Shown here one piece after another: positions 51,361 through 55,268 of a stretch of 55,268 bases of DNA. Source of the stretch: Octopus bimaculoides (lineage: Eukaryota); contig NC_068985.1 of NCBI RefSeq assembly GCF_001194135.2, positions 11,144,509-11,199,776 of the forward strand, read 5' to 3'. The position numbers were made by a program, and so were the translations under genes. Each line of letters begins with the position of its first letter. Position 1 is the stretch's first letter. The notes below the pieces were generated by a model that had not been told where the DNA came from, searched no databases, and saw only the letters and a program-made list of their open reading frames with translations.

Positions 51361-52064
51361 GGGGAGACCGAGTCTAGTTGTTACATTTTTTTTCATTTTT
51401 TTGCCGTGGCACCCACATAAATGAAGATCGCTGAAATTTCTTTTTAGATTTAATTAGTAAAGCATCTCTATTTATTGTTATCACCAGCAAAAAAATCAGA
51501 AATTACATAACATTAATTAGACAGGTATTAATGAATGAGGTGGTGTCAGCTGTAACAATTTTCCCCGAATGCGGGGTATGTTGTAACACTTACTGGGGTA
51601 CGTTGTTGCAACTGTCGATAATTCGGAATTAGGTTGACAAATAGGAGGGATAAGCTGTTACATGGCCTGAGGTAAATCGATAGACTGCAACAATTAGCCC
51701 CGACCATGGATTTCTGAGGATTAACTCGTACACAGCACTAGCGATGCTTGGCATCCAGGACACGCCTTCATGTATCGAAGGCAACTTCCAACACTTCCTA
51801 ATGAGCCACAAACTACTTCAGTAACACCACTTGTGCTTTAGTAGTTAAGGAAATAAATTTGTGGCAAAATTTCACATTTGGAGTAAAAGATCGTTTTTTG
51901 AGCCATACCTTTCCTGGTGACAACCCGCCAGTGCAATACACATGTGTAGTCATGATGCTTTGGAGTTGGCCTTCACGAGGTAGAGACTCGAGTGCCACTT
52001 ATTTCTTGAAGTTGGAAGCAATAGGCTTGTAACGACTTATCCGTGTAACAACTAGACCCGGTCT
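51361..52064. mobile_element. TIR DNA transposon derivative (MITE-like; probably Tc1/mariner-pogo type)
   Basis: AGACCGAGTCTAGTTGTTACA (51365-51385) vs the reverse complement of 52044-52064, AGACCGGGTCTAGTTGTTACA (1 mismatch). Internal TIR-like motifs are present. The right end runs into a gap. Confidence 0.75.
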
Positions 52065-54314
52065 NNNNNNNNNNNNNNNNNNNNNNNNNNNNNNNNNNNN
52101 TTTTGATAGGTCGAACGACATCGTGTCAGACGTGAGTTGAGAACATAATATTGAAAATCCGTAAAAACGGCTAAATGAGCACCTGCCATTTAGCGGTCGG
52201 TTCTCAAACGAATTAATTTTGTATTTCCTTTGTCATAGAATGTATATAAGGGATCTTTTCTCATTCGACCACAGAAGCCTGTATAGTGTACACATATGGT
52301 GTTTAGAAAGGCTTATCAATCTAAGCTGTGCCATCGTAAAACTTTGAAGAATTACATTTTTTTTTCCTTAGAGCTTTGTGACTCATATTCTGAAATAAGA
52401 CACGTGAAGCATAGAGTTTGTGTGTGTATGTGTGTACATGTATGTGTGTACATGTATGTGTGCGTGCGCGTGCGTGGTGTGTGTGTGTGTGTCTGTGTGT
52501 GTGGGTGTGTGTGTGTGTGCGCGTGCGTGCGTGCGTGTAAATTCTTCACCTATAGTCCTGCTTACAAAGTAGAATATGCTTCATCGAAATTGAATATCTT
52601 TCGTGATATCGAAACGTATCAGTTACTTTTTGCAGTTAACTTTGCCAACCGGATCCTTTTAAATCTGTAATGTCCATATTTTCTACCAACTTTCATAATC
52701 TTATTTTACTAATATTGTCATCCATATTTTTTATTGTGGTTTTGTATTTAATTCAAGACACGCTCTAAGAACGTTTTTTTCAAATTGTATTATCCATTGT
52801 GTATTTCCTTTTCTTATGTCGATGAGGGTGTCTTTAAAGGATTTCCTTTGGCTGTTACCTCTAGGGTATGAAGGAATCAAATATAGACTCAATTTCTCGT
52901 TTCAAAGCACTCTATGATTCCAAATTCTATGTTAGTTTGTCTAAAAGCATTATCTCCGATGAACAACCTCGGCATGTTTAACTAGTACATTTAGTAATAT
53001 TATAGATACGAGGAGAATGTACTTATGACTATAGTACAGATGTTATTGTCATTAGAAATGATACATTTCTAAATCTCACAGAGAGACTTTAGCGGTAGTG
53101 ATACGATAAAGTAGTTGTATACTGTCAACTTAACGTGGCAGTCTCAATAAGGGAATCATCCTACTGCTATTTAGCCCTAGGAAGCTGCACCACTTCCTGT
53201 CAGCCTTGACACATTTCCTGTGTCCTTATGTTTACGAGGGGGAGACAAGCACCCCCACCCAGCCAAGCCTCCATTGTTATTCAGAATGTGCTAGAATTAT
53301 GTTGGTGTCATGTGTACGGAAGAACGTTGATACTAAGAAGAGGAACATGAGAGAAACAACGTAGAAGTGGTGGAATGATGTCCTCTTGCCTGGGTCCGAA
53401 TAATACTGCTAAGAACGATCTAGTTTCCAAGAGGCAGTGTTCATTGTATTAGTTATATTATATAGTGATAGGATACACTGTAAATGTGATCAAAGATTTA
53501 AGACTTGAATGCGTCATAACGTAGGGGGGAGCTTTATGCCAAAAACACTGCACAACAAATTTGTAATTAACGTCGCCATTCCGAGAAGTTAATAACTGAA
53601 TCAAGTCATCAACACATGCATTATTGTACGTGTTCACCTGACTGGATTTCATCGAGGCAACTTTCCTTTTTATACATGAATCCATTACTTCACATGTGAC
53701 TACACAGTGCCTGCATTTGTAACCATATGCACGGCAAGGATTATGATGCTTTATGAGGGCTGCAGTTTCCTCTGAGTAGACTCTACTATCGATGTGCACA
53801 TAGAAAATATTGACTCCAAAGCTCTTTACTCTGAAAGATAAAAAAAACTTCTATTAATAGTAACTCATTAATAACATTGACAGACTTAAAGTAGCAACTG
53901 GATTTGCATATAAAGTCCAATGCATTGTGTACGAGAATATAATTATCATTTTATAAGCATACAATAAACAATATGCGTGCACTTAAAAAAATAGTGGAAA
54001 AATACGAAGCAAAGACATGATGATAAAATAATCGTTATTTCAAATTGTCTAACGCATATTTATTAAGTACTTACAGTTTGTTTATCAGAAATGACATCAA
54101 ACATTCTTAATGGTATCTCAAATATTTAATATCATCAACAATCAAAGAAGAAGTGATATTTTAGTTCAACAAACCGTCAAAACATACGAAGAGATTTCCT
54201 GCTTTTTTCCATAGAGCAATATTTTGAGGAATAGCATGTAATCTCGTGTTCACAAATTACTTCGAATGTAATTTGTGGACAAATTGCATGTAGTAAGTAT
54301 GCAGAGAAAAGTGA

Positions 54315-54317
54315 GAG

Positions 54318-54370
<53 letters not shown>

Positions 54371-54433
54371 NNNNNNNNNNNNNNNNNNNNNNNNNNNNNN
54401 NNNNNNNNNNNNNNNNNNNNNNNNNNNNNNNNN

Positions 54434-54488
<55 letters not shown>
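54315..54488. repeat. (GA)n microsatellite spanning a gap
   Basis: Directly visible. Confidence 0.95.
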
Positions 54489-54491
<3 letters not shown>

Positions 54492-54530
54492 TGATGGACC
54501 TACGCACGCACTCACATGCATATATGTATA

Positions 54531-54640
54531 CTAGCAGAAATACCCGGCGCTGCTCGGGCTAAAGAGAATAATGAAATTTAAAAACGCCGTCTAGATTACG
54601 TAGGTCTCAACTGCTAGTAGTTGAGATTCCAACTTTCTAC
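54531..54640 (-). mobile_element. Helitron 3' terminus (truncated)
   Basis: Minus strand CCCGAGCAGCGCCGGG hairpin (54543-54558), 8-nt spacer, CTAG|T. The 5' end was not found and the right boundary is approximate. Confidence 0.7.
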
Positions 54641-54910
54641 ATTAATAACTCCAACCCATGCCAGCATGGAACAAAAACGTTAAGTGAAAAGTTAGAAGAA
54701 AGTTTTCAACTCATATATGTATATAAAGTAAATACACATAATTCAAAAACATGGTTTCTGTAGCTTATTTCGTAGCCAAATANNNNNNNNNNAAACATGG
54801 TTTCTGTAGCTTATTTCGTAGCCAAATAACAGGTACAGATGTGTATGTATGTATGTATGTATGTATGTATGTATGGATGGATGGATGTAAGTATGTATGT
54901 ATGTATGTAT

Positions 54911-55107
54911 GAGTTGCTCAAAATCACACTGCCGGTGAATGGGGAAAGCTTGGTCTGTAATGTTTGCAGTCGTGTATGCTTGTCAAGAGCAGGCCTCATT
55001 AGCCACCAACGGAGCCGCAGATGCAAAATATAAGTTAGTCCTAGAGCGCACAATGTTCCTGAAGGTCAGCAATGGTCTTCCTCGGTAACAAATGGACGGC
55101 CATCGTC
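54911..55107 (+). mobile_element. 5'-truncated RTE-clade LINE 3' end
   Basis: LVCNVCSRVCLSRAGLISHQRSRRCKI* matches the C-terminal CxxCxRxCxSRxGLxSHxR zinc finger of RTE ORFs. A short 3' UTR follows. (TATG)n on both sides. Confidence 0.8.
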
Positions 55108-55268
55108 ATGTATGTATGTATATATGTATGTATGTATGTATGTATCTATCTATCTATCTATCTATCATCATGGACGGACGGTAGACACATCGGCTCCCAT
55201 GTAAGTTGCATTTTTCACCTCTTAAAAGACCTATTTTGTTTTAAAATTTTGTATAAGTTGTGTATAAC

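Noticed and set aside
861-54562. Many long ORFs rich in HT, IY, CV, SL, ER, poly-N/I/L or X
   Set aside because: They are translations of microsatellites or N gaps, not genes.
1-55268. CRISPR arrays or prokaryotic operons
   Set aside because: There is no regular repeat-spacer array and no gene-dense region. The DNA is eukaryotic and repeat-rich.

Overview
AT-rich, microsatellite-dense animal genomic DNA from a gapped draft assembly. The repeat families look like those of a coleoid cephalopod, most likely Octopus (inference from remembered repeat sequences, not a search). I could not identify any intact protein-coding gene; the window reads as intronic or intergenic, with a few weak candidate small exons. 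Nearly all long ORFs in the supplied track are microsatellite or N-run artefacts. What is supportable is a transposon landscape. It includes three or four modular tRNA-headed SINE families in about 25 copies or fragments, and 3' ends of four non-LTR clades (Tx1/L1, R4/Dong, RTE and a HERO-like RLE element). It also has a decayed mariner, Helitron termini, and three palindromic or TIR non-autonomous elements, one with a (CCCTAA)n-(TTAGGG)n core. The most interesting items are (i) a tRNA-headed SINE carrying a Penelope-type minimal hammerhead ribozyme, mutated in this copy (31527-31872), and (ii) a 26-bp 3'-tail identity between a Tx1/L1-clade LINE and a MetaSINE-type SINE, suggesting a LINE-SINE partnership. 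Boundaries of degenerate repeats are approximate.
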